DNA of 63,613 nt, the filler included, from Octopus bimaculoides (lineage: Eukaryota): the NCBI RefSeq assembly GCF_001194135.2. It is 4 parts of 3 records of this genome, joined end to end, with 100 filler letters (N's around TTAATTAATTAA, not from the genome) between each part and the next. Parts side by side here need not be neighbours in the genome. Positions count along the whole stretch, not along the records: positions 33,313 to 50,949 come from NC_068985.1; 3 more parts are not named here. One strand, given 5' to 3'. Positions 38,282 to 49,563 of the stretch are shown here, one piece after another (the first letter of the stretch is position 1; the number at the start of each line of letters is the position of its first letter). A model generated the notes under the pieces. It worked only from the letters and a program-made list of their open reading frames with translations, did no database searches and was not told the origin of the DNA. A program made the translations under genes and the position numbers.

Positions 38282-39383
38282 AACGACCGTGCGAACCCAA
38301 AAGGAGAAATGGTGACGAATGGAAAAACAGGGCTCCTTTTATTAAACGTGTCACACGGTCGAACACAAAATATATCAAATGATATACATATATATTATAC
38401 TTCGATAACATAGTGAATTCGTAAATGGCCAGTAATGAAGGCGATAGAACACAACCGATAAAGATGAATAACAGTATTATTTATTGTTACATTAAAATGT
38501 ATGTCTGTGTGTGAGTGTGAGTGCGACATAATAAAACATAATAAAAGACAGGCCGTCGTGTAAAGAAAAGAGTGTGTGTAAGTGATACATGTATGTGTAT
38601 GCGTGAGATACAGCAGACAGAAAAAGAGTCAGTAACACATAAGAATTTGCCAGTTCTTAGAGTACACAGTGGTATGTGTCTGTATGTAAGAAGTTGAGGC
38701 GTGTGTGGCAGGGCGATCACTCGTCGTGATGTTAGGGCTTCCATGCCGAGCCGGGTTCTGGAATACAGATGTTCGTCGCAGGCTAGGTTCTTGGCTGTTA
38801 TTTCGTGGTGAAGATGAATCACACAAACAGAATCGAAGAGAGAAGTGCCGCGGTTACTGTTTAGTAGCTTGTGTACGTGGAAGTCATGTTGACGATGTCG
38901 GTGGCGAATCTTGTAGTTCGTAGTTGAAGTAGTGTTGACGATGGTGGTAGTCGTAGTGTCGTGTTGACTGGCGGCGGCGATGCTGGTAGTCGTCGTTGGA
39001 GATGCTGTTGATGTAGTCGCTGGAACTGCTGCTGCTGCTCTGTGTGGTAGACGGAACAGGTCTCTAAGAGATCTGAACCGAGACGAATTTGCTGGGTATC
39101 TAGCAGTCTATTTATAGCTGATAGTAGGCTCCGATGGATTATTAGAAAAACACTATCACGTGACCTTATTAGGAGCTGTGATTGGTCAGTTTGCGTTCTG
39201 GCGGGAACGGTACGAAGCAGTTGCCGCTTCAAATAATAATCAGTCACGTGATGACAAGGAAAGAGATGTTTTCTACTAAGCTCGCGTCTGCCATTTTTAT
39301 AGTGAGAGAAGATAGTCTGTTTGAATATAATGGTGATAGATGGTTTTGTATATAATGGCGATCGAGGTGTTAGTTTCACTGCA
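38274..39383 (-). mobile_element. LTR-B family copy
   Basis: Reverse complement aligns along its length with 59275-60343 and 34945-35924; minus-strand start TGCAGTGAAAC. Confidence 0.88.
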
Positions 39384-39602
39384 CTAGCCTCGCACCAGTC
39401 GGTTTGTCGAAGATAAACAAAGCGAAATAAAAAAAAATTGTAGTGAAAAAGACTGAAAGAACGGTTGGTCTATTACTGGCATTTAGTCACCATTTTAGAA
39501 AAGCTATGTCAGCTTTTCACGTTGGGCTGCGTGTTGGAATCACGTCGGGGTGTACAGATCAGAAGGGCTGTGTGAATCGAATCACGTCGGCGGTCACCAG
39601 AA

Positions 39603-40234
39603 TGTAGTGTGTTTTTGTTGAGTGTCGGTGCGATAGGCATGTGTTTGCCTGAGGAATGACAAAGTGATAACTGGTTCAATTATAACAATTTTCTTAGCTG
39701 GAGTTAATAAATAATAATTGCCACTACAATCAATTTTGACAACTTGCTTCGAGTTGCTAGACAAATGATGGAACCAGGATATGTTCGTGTGTGTGTGTGT
39801 TCGTTCTCTCATCTTGCTTGGCCGGCGAAAAATCTCTGTCTCACTTTAGCAGAGGTCTCATAGTAGCAGTCTCCCTGTCTGTCTGTCCCTGTGTGTGTTG
39901 ATGTCTTGCTGACCACTCTATTTATAAGAATCGTGGCAGCTAGAAGGACATACACACTGCAGCAGAGTTTGTACGTAAATAGGTCAGATGCTGACCAGTT
40001 GAACTTCGCCTGACATTATAAGGTCGAAGGTTAAAGGGAGATGATCGATCACTTTTTGACAGGACAAAGAAAACCTGTTTTTCGCGCCTGTTGATTGTCG
40101 TGGTTTGGAACCGAGAATTCTTAGATTCGGTTTCGAATCTAGGCTTGGAGAAGGAACTGTAAATTTTTACACTGCCGACACACAAGGTATTCGCCAACCA
40201 TGAAAGCCTATAAGCGCAACATTTTGACAGCTAC
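39603..40234 (-). mobile_element. LTR-C copy 2 with tRNA-Trp PBS
   Basis: The minus strand ends CACTACA-TTC-TGGTGACCGCCGACGTGATTCGA. The 5' boundary (TGTAGCTG at ~40234) is tentative. Confidence 0.78.
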
Positions 40235-40517
40235 ATGCCCAGAAACTAACTGGAAGAAAATACGGAAGCCTGTACATGCAAACTTTTTGGCACACACGCT
40301 TTTCGTCTCGCCCCGACGTACAAACCCTGCAATGGCTACGAACTTTTGCACGAACATAAGACTATCACGTAGACTTTCAACAACTTTTTTTCTTTGCATG
40401 CACATTTTCTTTTGTCTTTCAGAAGTAGACTTTTCACAAACGACGGTATTTTCAGCTAAGTTTGTTATTTTTGCTTATTGTACTGTTCTGTTTGCACTGT
40501 ACACTTTCATTTCTTGA

Positions 40518-40735
40518 GTTACATATTCCGCGATGCTCATATACCGCGATGCACACATATACCGTGATGCACACGTTCCACGAAGCACACATTCCGCGAT
40601 GCACACATTCTGCGAGGCACACATTCCGCGATGCACACATTCCGCGAAGCACATATACCGCGATGCACATATTCCGTGAAGCACACATTCCGCGATGCAC
40701 ACATTCCGCGATGCACAAATTCTGCAACGACTCGT
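40518..40735. repeat. CpG-rich 16-18-bp minisatellite (cacattccgcgatgca variants)
   Basis: About 12 degenerate tandem units are directly visible. Confidence 0.9.
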
Positions 40736-41380
40736 TTCACTAAAATGGCTAAATTCATGTGCATATTTCTTTTTTTGAATGTTCTATGTTATCATTCATA
40801 TTTTGCATGTACTTTTTTTCGTTCACTTTGAAAATGTATTGTTGCATACACACCCACATGCACCTTTCCTCAGTATCTGGCCTTGCACATGCATCTGCAC
40901 GCATGATTCATACACAGAGGCTAACTATGTCACATTCATGCACCACACATACCTTTCTCGTTTGTTTTCCCATGCTCAATGTGCCCTTGTAGACACAACT
41001 CATCTCTTTAAGACCCTAGACTGGTCACGCATACATAGAGAAAGTTGTTTGTCCCTTACAATGCGCCAGAATGTCACACTTTTGTTCCTGCACGATCGAG
41101 GCTTATAATACCTCATGCACCGGCTGGCAGCCCCAGTCTTACTGCATTAATCACTGGCATATTCAATACTGCACACTTATTTGTAATCAATGCACTAGCA
41201 TTAGCCTCAGCCTTGTATAAGCTCTATTGCACTCATGCACATGCACCTCTGTTATGCACATCTACTCCCTTGTTTTGCAACATTTCTGCGTCAGCTCAAT
41301 TCTAATCCCAACTCAAAGCACGTCGGATGTTCACATGCTCTGCGCTCATGTTTAGACATAATTTCCCTCAGTTAGTCCCT

Positions 41381-42670
41381 TTACCCCCCAGACTTTGGGA
41401 GGTCATAACTTTCAGAAAAATGAATATTTTTTAATGAAATTTTCTATGCATATAGTATTTANNNNNNNNNNNNNNNNNNNNNNNNNNNNNNNNNNNNNNN
41501 NNNNNNNNNNNNNNNNNNNNNNNNNNNNNNNNNNNNNNNNNNNNNNNNNNNNNNNNNNNNNNNNNNNNNNNNNNNNNNNNNNNNNNNNNNNNNNNNNNNN
41601 NNNNNNNNNNNNNNNNNNNNNNNNNNNNNNNNNNNNNNNNNNNNNNNNNNNNNNNNNNNNNNNNNNNNNNNNNNNNNNNNNNNNNNNNNNNNNNNNNNNN
41701 NNNNNNNNNNNNNNNNNNNNNNNNNNNNNNNNNNNNNNNNNNNNNNNNNNNNNNNNNNNNNNNNNNNNNNNNNNNNNNNNNNNNNNNNNNNNNNNNNNNN
41801 NNNNNNNNNNNNNNNNNNNNNNNNNNNNNNNNNNNNNNNNNNNNNNNNNNNNNNNNNNNNNNNNNNNNNNNNNNNNNNNNNNNNNNNNNNNNNNNNNNNN
41901 NNNNNNNNNNNNNNNNNNNNNNNNNNNNNNNNNNNNNNNNNNNNNNNNNNNNNNNNNNNNNNNNNNNNNNNNNNNNNNNNNNNNNNNNNNNNNNNNNNNN
42001 NNNNNNNNNNNNNNNNNNNNNNNNNNNNNNNNNNNNNNNNNNNNNNNNNNNNNNNNNNNNNNNNNNNNNNNNNNNNNNNNNNNNNNNNNNNNNNNNNNNN
42101 NNNNNNNNNNNNNNNNNNNNNNNNNNNNNNNNNNNNNNNNNNNNNNNNNNNNNNNNNNNNNNNNNNNNNNNNNNNNNNNNNNNNNNNNNNNNNNNNNNNN
42201 NNNNNNNNNNNNNNNNNNNNNNNNNNNNNNNNNNNNNNNNNNNNNNNNNNNNNNNNNNNNNNNNNNNNNNNNNNNNNNNNNNNNNNNNNNNNNNNNNNNN
42301 NNNNNNNNNNNNNNNNNNNNNNNNNNNNNNNNNNNNNNNNNNNNNNNNNNNNNNNNNNNNNNNNNNNNNNNNNNNNNNNNNNNNNNNNNNNNNNNNNNNN
42401 NNNNNNNNNNNNNNNNNNAAATGTACATACATGAAGGTATATTTGTAGAAAATTTCACGAAAAAATATTAATTTTCCTGGAAGTTAAGAGGAATTTAAGT
42501 GGACTCCGTTGGAATTTCCGAAAATTGTCCCCCACCCCCATTCCAAAACACTTTCACCGGAAATTTTTGTATATTCGGATTCTACATAGTAAATACTATA
42601 TGCGTAGAAAATTTCATTAAAAAAAATTAATTTTTCTGAAAGTTATGACCTCTCAAAGTCTGGGGGGTAA
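41381..42670. mobile_element. Foldback/MITE-type DNA element with TIRs of at least 80 bp; the interior is mostly gap
   Basis: 41381-41461 is nearly the reverse complement of 42590-42670; termini TA|CCCCCCAGAC...GTCTGGGGGG|TA. Confidence 0.85.
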
Positions 42671-43174
42671 AACCCTGTAGTTATGCCCACAAGAAAATGC
42701 ATAATCATTTAATTCAATGTCGTTCTCTGTATACTTGACCCCGGTACACTAGAGATGGAAGGATGCGCCCCAAGTATTTTTAATGGATGTTGAATATGCC
42801 GGCACTGATATTATCCAGCTGGATTTAAGACAACCAGCCTAAGGACTCTTTAACTATGCTAATTTCGGATACATAAAATGCTTCTGCAATGGAAGCATTA
42901 TGAGTTTAGAGCTTGAGTATCTATCTATTCGTCACTGTCAGATTTCTCCCTGGTTTAAAACGACGATATGTGCTAGCATAAACATTAGTACTTAGATTGA
43001 GGAGTACATGTATGGAAAAAGGTGTGTAGGTACGAGGGCTGGTTTTTTTTTTTTTCTATATTTTCTTTCATTTATGAACAATGTTCGGCAGTACATCCAC
43101 AAACTGAATTATCTTTCAATGGGAATAAATTCAAGGGACGTAACTCTAAGATTGATCTATCAACCGCTCTGAAG

Positions 43175-43262
43175 ATGTCTACATCAAAGTCATTATATTT
43201 GGATGGCAACCACATGAATTATCTCCTTGCACATGTTGATACATTTCTTTTCGACTGCGATG
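43175..43262 (+). CDS. PGP: First coding exon of a HAD-IIA phosphatase (phosphoglycolate/glycerol-3-phosphate phosphatase or pyridoxal phosphatase-like)
   Basis: ATG at 43175 gives MSTSKSLYLDGNHMNYLLAHVDTFLFDCD-G, ending in the HAD motif I hallmark (hDTFhFDCDG). The match stops at a phase-1 donor, G|GTGGGT. Exon 2 (expected VLW...) was not found, so PGP versus a paralogue is unresolved. Confidence 0.75.
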
Positions 43263-44334
43263 GTGGGTAAAATATTAAAAATAATGTTCTATCTGTCTTT
43301 AAACAAAGTGTTATTTTATTCCAGCTATGCTAACATGTCACATTTATCCTTTTTGTTTCACGTTTATTTACAAGCAACTATCTCGTCATATGTGATCGTT
43401 TATATGGTTAATCTGGTCATTGTAACTTTTTTTATATTATATTTTGTTTCATATTATTATTATATTATTATCTATAGGATAAAGCATTTCGATCTCAAGA
43501 CAAATGTTACCTTAATAAGATTTTTTATTGTGTAATGCAACAAGGTTATTAATTAGTACATCATTTACTATACTCATTCACCTTGACGATTTATCTGTCG
43601 CAATATATCTAACAAAATATCATGAACATAGAATATAAATTCAATACACAAAAGTGATAAACATAGAAAACAGACTTTATTCTGTCAAAATTTAGATTTC
43701 TGCTTTCTGTGACGGCGTTGCCTTGATCTATGTTTCAATGAGCGTTGACTTCACTCTGCTAAATTGCGTATAAACTATGTTGTTATGGTATTTTATTAAA
43801 TCAATATTGTTGTTATTCCCAATATTCTAATAAAACTTTTTAAAAAGTGTTTGTAGGTGTCAGAAACTTTTGTCTCCGTGAGAGTGAAAATCTAATGTTT
43901 CGAACATTATTTGCCCAATCCGGCAATCAAATTAAAATCATACAAGCTCTTTTTGTTATCATTTTTGGCAACCTATTTCTTAGTATTTTACACTAATAAT
44001 ACAATTGTATATCTATCTTTAACCTCTAATTACATCTCTACAGAAGAACTAAAAGGTTTGGGTACTATTGTTCAGTGTATTTAAAATCTGATATTTTTAT
44101 CACTGTCTTAACTAGCAAACTACGTCTTAGGAAAAGTTAGTAGATTGGAAATCATCGACCACTAACCACTGCTAACAAAAACAATATCAACTCTACAGTC
44201 TGACTTCTTAAAGGATTAGTATTAATGTATGACTACACAACTCAAAATTGAATTGTGAATGGAGAATTTTGGAGATATGAAAAGAAATTTCCAGCTCATA
44301 GCTAAAATTGCCCCCCCCCCCCAATAACTTTGCT

Positions 44335-44650
44335 TCAGCAGCACTTTGGTAGAGTTGTTAGCATATTGGACAGAATGCTTTGCAGTATTTGTTCTGATTC
44401 TGTGCTCTGAGTTCAAATCCTGTCGAGGTCAACTTTGCCTTTCATGCTTTCAGGGTTCATCATCATCGTTTAACGTCCGCTTTCCATGCTAGCATGGGTT
44501 GGACGATTTGACTGAGGACTGGTGAAACCGGATGGCAACACCAGGCTCCAGTCTGATTTGGCAGAGTTTCTACAGCTGGATGCCCTTCCTAACGCCAACC
44601 ACTCAGAGAGTGTAGGGTTGATAAAAATAAAGTACCATTCCAAGGTGATG
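44335..44650 (+). mobile_element. SINE family A interrupted by an RTE-tail insertion
   Basis: The family A core is split at agggtt. Confidence 0.8.
44458..44613 (-). mobile_element. 5'-truncated RTE 3' end (or RTE-tailed SINE) with (GAT)n tail
   Basis: Reverse complement of 49410-49563; 6-bp TSD agggtt (44452-44457 and 44614-44619). Confidence 0.9.
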
Positions 44651-45324
44651 GATTCGTGGAACTGTAAAACCAACGAATCTGATGCCTTGTATTAATTCCA
44701 GCTCATTACATTCTTAGCTCAAATCCCACTATGACTTACTTGGGTGGTAGACTTAACCATTGCCCAGTTTAAAAGCACCACTTGGTATCATGGGAGCCTT
44801 TAGTAGAGTCCACTCTGTTATAAACATTTGGGCAGGCTTCCAGTTTGAAGATGCTTTCCTCTCTTCCTCCCATCAGTCTTGGAGGCCTTGTGGACACTGT
44901 TTTCCCTCCTGACTAAAAGATATTAAAAAAGTTGTGTTCTGTTTACTTATTATCTCACTTGAATGTGGGTGAGCTTACAGATGTTAAAAGAAATGAAAAA
45001 TAATCCTCCTTTGTTCATTATTTCAGGATTTTATTGGTTTCTTTGATGAGCCTTTAATAATCTGGTTGACTGTATCTCATATATGAAACTGGAACATTTA
45101 TTTTGTGTTTTACATAATAGTGTTATGTGTATAATTTCTTGCATTTTTGTGGGGCACAGATGATTAAATCAGGTACAGTGTTTTACTGGTTGTTAGTTTA
45201 TTGCTTAAAAAAAGTTAAAATATGAAAAATTTAAGCTCAGAATGTAAAGAGACATGACTAGACGCCATTAAAATTATGTTCTGTATTCTACTGATTCTGC
45301 ACAGTAATAGATATATATAATTAA

Positions 45325-45605
45325 GCATGGCTGTATGGTTAAGAAGTTTCATTTGAAACTATGTAGTCTTTGGCCTTAAACTCAGTCCTTCTGCACAGCA
45401 ACTTGGGCAAGTGCCTCTAGAATTACCTTGGATTAGCCAGCACCTTGCAAGAGGAATTGATACTCACTAGTTGGCATTCAGAAAGGCTGTAGAAACCATA
45501 CAAAAAGAATACATTGGAGCATGATGCATTCTTCCAACACATCAAAATCTGTCACTCCATCCAGCTTAAACCAGCATGGACGACGGACATTAAAAGGTGA
45601 TGAGG
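45325..45605 (+). mobile_element. Old SINE with a family B head and an RTE-type tail (family F)
   Basis: Head like family B; the tail cagcatggacgacggacattaaaaggtgatga resembles the RTE 3' end. Confidence 0.6.
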
Positions 45606-45627
45606 AAATGTGTGTGTGTTTCTTTAC

Positions 45628-46019
45628 TGTTGTCATTGTTGGCACTCTGTCGCTTACGATGTCGAGGGTTCCTGTTGATCTGATCAACGGAACAGCCTGC
45701 TCGTGAAATTAATGTGCAAGTGGCTGAGCACTCCACAGACACGTGTACCCTTAACGTAGTTCTCGGGGATATTCAGCATGACACAGTGTGACAAGGCTGA
45801 CCCTTTGAATTACATGCACAACAGAAACAGGAAGTAAGAGTGAGAGAAAGTTGTGGTGAAAGAGTACAGCAGGGTTCGCCACCATCCCCTGCCGGAGCCT
45901 CATGGAGCTTTTAGGTGTTTTCGCTCAATAAACACTCACAATGCCCGGTCTGGGAATCGAAACCGCGATCCTATGACCGTGAGTCCACTGCCCTAACCAC
46001 TGGGCCATTGCGCCTCCAC
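45628..46019 (-). mobile_element. SINE family C, full length
   Basis: GTGGAGGCGCAATGGCCCAGTGG head and GGTTTCGATTCC B box; matches 16664-17035. Confidence 0.92.
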
Positions 46020-46059
46020 TAGAGGATATCAATATTCTAGTTAGGATAACTTCATGTGA

Positions 46060-46200
46060 CTACCAAAGAAACCAAAAGGAGCACAATGGAGAGCATCCAA
46101 CACAAAGCTAACTCCATCCACCAAAGTATCAGGATAACTGTAGATTACCCTACAAGACAGCCTAACAATAGACCTGATAAGGCAAACCAACAGGATACTA
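46060..46200 (+). mobile_element. Possible Penelope-like RT remnant
   Basis: ANSIHQSIRITVDYP resembles the Penelope NSIHPSIxxTxE/D segment; short match only. Confidence 0.35.
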
Positions 46201-47284
46201 CTGCTCTTAATATTTTCCAGAAATCTAGTATATCTATGATCTCATTTATTCATCAGTATATTATAGGTATACATGATATCTATAATAGTGAAAACGCCTG
46301 GAGTTGACTGGAGGACACTACCCTCAACCCTAGTGTGTTGAAATTTCCAGCAACAATCAAGGTCAATCAGTATTGAATGGCTTGGCTTATTTGAATATTT
46401 TATTTAATTGGCAACCCATTCAAATTTTATTTTAGCTGCAATATTTAAGCACTTTTCTTTCATTTTAGGCTTACTTCTTGTCTTGTATTTTTCCAGGTTT
46501 GTTAAATACTTAAGAATATTGTTATCCCTTCCTTGCATTTTTCATTCTAGTCCACTTTCTTTACAGACAATGCAGAAAAATTAATAATTTTTATTCTAAT
46601 AATAAATTTAGTTTACTTTTTCATATTATTTCATTTCCTATTGATCAATAATTGATGCCTATTCTTTTTTGTTAGAAATTCTAAATTGAATAGCACTTTC
46701 TTTACATCGAGTATTATGAGATCTGCCTATTTAGAATAAATTTTTTAATTAATATTTATCAGAAATAAAATAAAAAAAGAAAAAAAGAGAGCAATAATAA
46801 AAAAATATAAAGCACTATCTATGAGCGATGAGAAATCAAATGAATTAGGAGAGTAGGTTGACTAAAAAAACCAAAGAATTATACACTGGATTTGCCTTGT
46901 ATTGACAAGTTGTCACTTAAGTATCTTTGTAATTGCAAGACATGGTAATTATTGAAAGCTGCATAACTTTTTTTCTCTTTAATATANNNNNNNNNNNNNN
47001 NNNNNNNNNNNNNNNNNNNNNNNNNNNNNNNNNNNNNNNNNNNNNNNNNNNNNNNNNNNNNNNNNNNNNNNNNNNNNNNNNNNNNNNNNNNNNNNNNNNN
47101 NNNNNNNNNNNNNNNNNNNNNNNNNNNNNNNNNNNNNNNNNNNNNNNNNNNNNNNNNNNNNNNNNNNNNNNNNNNNNNNNNNNNNNNNNNNNNNNNNNNN
47201 NNNNNNNNNNNNNNNNNNNNNNNNNNNNNNNNNNNNNNNNNNNNNNNNNNNNNNNNNNNNNNNNNNNNNNNNNNNNNNNNNNNN

Positions 47285-49563
47285 ATTACGAGCCAGGTGA
47301 TACACAAAGGAGTCATACTCAATGACTGGTGTAGCAGCACCATAGTCAACTGCTACAAAGGTAAAGGTGACGCTTTAGACACAAACAATTACAGAGGTAT
47401 CAAGTTGTTGGACCAGGTAATGAAGGTTACCGAGAGGGTCATAGCCCAACTAATTATGGAGAGAGTCAGTTTAGATGAGATGCAGTTTGGGTTCGTTCCA
47501 GGGAAAAGCACCACTGATGCTATATTTCTGGTAAGACAGCTGCAAGAGAAATACATAGCCAAAGATAATTGGCTTTCGTTGACATGGAGAAAACTTTATG
47601 TGGTGGTCAATAAGGAAACTAGGGATAGATGAATGGTTAGTGAGAACTGTGCAAGCCATGTACAGGGACGCTGTTAGTAAGGTGAGGGTTGGTAACGAGT
47701 ATAGTGAAGAATTCCGGGTAGAGGTAGGGGTCCATCAAGGTTCAGTCCTCAGCTCCCTCCTATTTATCATAGTCCTCCAGGCAATAACAGAGGAATTCAA
47801 GACAGGATGCCCCTGGAAGCTCCTCTATGCTGATGACCTTGCTCTAATTGCTGAGTCACTCTCAGAACTAGAGAAGTTTCAGGTGTGGAAGCAAGGATTG
47901 GAATCGAAGGCCTTAGAGTCAACCTAGCTAAAACCAAAGTCTTAATAAGTAGGAAGGTAGACAAAACACAAACCCCTTCAGGTAGATGGCCCTGCTCGAT
48001 CTGTAGCAAAGGTGTAGGTAGAAACTCCATAAGATGTACCCAGTGCAAGCTATGAACACATAAGAGGTGCAGCAATATCAAAGGAAGGCTAACTAGCAAG
48101 ATAGTTTTTGTGTGGCAGATGCTCAGGAGCAATAAACACTAGAAATGTGCAGAAAACAACCTTTGCCACACTCCAGGGAGAAAAACTACTAGTTGATAGC
48201 TTCCGCTACCTATGTGACCAAGTTTCTAGCGGAGGAGGGTGCGCTGAAAGTGTAGCTGCTAGAATAAGAATAGCCTGGGCAAAGTTTAGAGAGCTCTTAC
48301 CTCTGCTGGTGACAAAGGGCCTTTCATTCAGAGTAAAAGGCCGACTGTATGATGCATGTGTACGAACAGCCATGCTACATGGCAGTGAAACATGGGCCGT
48401 GACTGCTGAGGACATGCGTAAGCAAGAAACGAAGCCTGTACGCTCCAATGCATATGTAATGTCAGTGTACATACTCGACAGAGTGTAAGTACCTTGAGAG
48501 ACAAGTTAGACCTAAGAAGCATCAGTTGTGGTGTGCAAGAGAGACGATTGTGCTGGTATGGACATGTGGCAAGAATGGATGAGGATAGCTGTGTGAAAAA
48601 GTGCCACACCCTAGCAGTTGAGGGAACCTGTGGAAGAAGTAGACCCAGGAGGACCTGGGATGAGGTGGTGAAGCACGACCTTCGAACTTTAGGCCTCACA
48701 GAGGCAATGACTAGTGACTGGGACCTTTGGAAATAAGCAGTACGTGAGAAGACCCGGCAAGCCAAGTGAGACCATAACACATGGCCTATGTCAGGGGTGT
48801 AACCAGTCCACCTATGTGTACCTTTCCTTCATTGGACACTAAACTCTGCTTGCGAAGGCAAGTGAGAGCATAATCTGTGGCCTCTGCCAAAAGTGTAGCC
48901 AGATCACTCATTCGTATCTTTACTTCATTGGACACTAAACTCTGCTTGCAAAGACCTGTTGAAGCAACTGAGTTTGAAATCGAAATTGAACCAATTTCGA
49001 TGACTGGCACCCATGCCAACCTCTCCTTCATTGGACACTAAACTCTGCTTGCAAAGACCTGTTGGGGCAAGTGAAATCGAAATCGTAATTGAACCATATT
49101 CGATGACTGGCACCTGTGCCAGTGGAGCACTAACAGCACTATCCGAGCATGATCATTGCCAGAGCAGCTGTCTGGCTTCTGTGCTAGTGGCCCGTAAATA
49201 GCACCCTATGAGTGTGATCATTACCAGCGTTGCCTTACTGGCATTTGTGCCGGTGGCACGTTTAGAAAATCATTCGAGCGAGGTCATTGCCAGTGCTGCT
49301 GGACTGGCTCCTGTACAGGTGGCACGTAAAATACACCATTTTGAGAGTGGCCATTGCCAGTATCATGTGACTGGCCCTCGTGCCGGTGGCACATAAAAGT
49401 ACCCACTACACTCTCAAAGTAGTTGGCGTTAGGAAGGGCATCCAGCTGTAGAAACTCTGCCAGATCAGATTGGAGCCTGGTGCAGCCATCCGGTTCACCA
49501 GTCCTCAGTCAAATCGTCCAACCCATGCTAGCATGGAAAACGGACGTTAAACGATGATGATGA
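47285..49563 (+). mobile_element. RTE-clade LINE, 3' ~2.3 kb (RT, Cys-rich insert, repeat-containing 3'UTR, (GAT)n tail)
   Basis: NYRGIKLL, QFGFVPGKSTTDAIF, GVHQGSVLS, LLYADDL, FRYL, RLCWYGHV; frameshifts and stops; ends acggacgttaaacgatgatgatga. Confidence 0.95.

Noticed and set aside
43857-43997. Candidate exon 2 of the PGP-like gene (tag|GTGTCAGA, reading G-V-R-N-F...)
   Set aside because: After GV there is no similarity to the expected LW..G...TNN sequence, and the frame reaches a stop.
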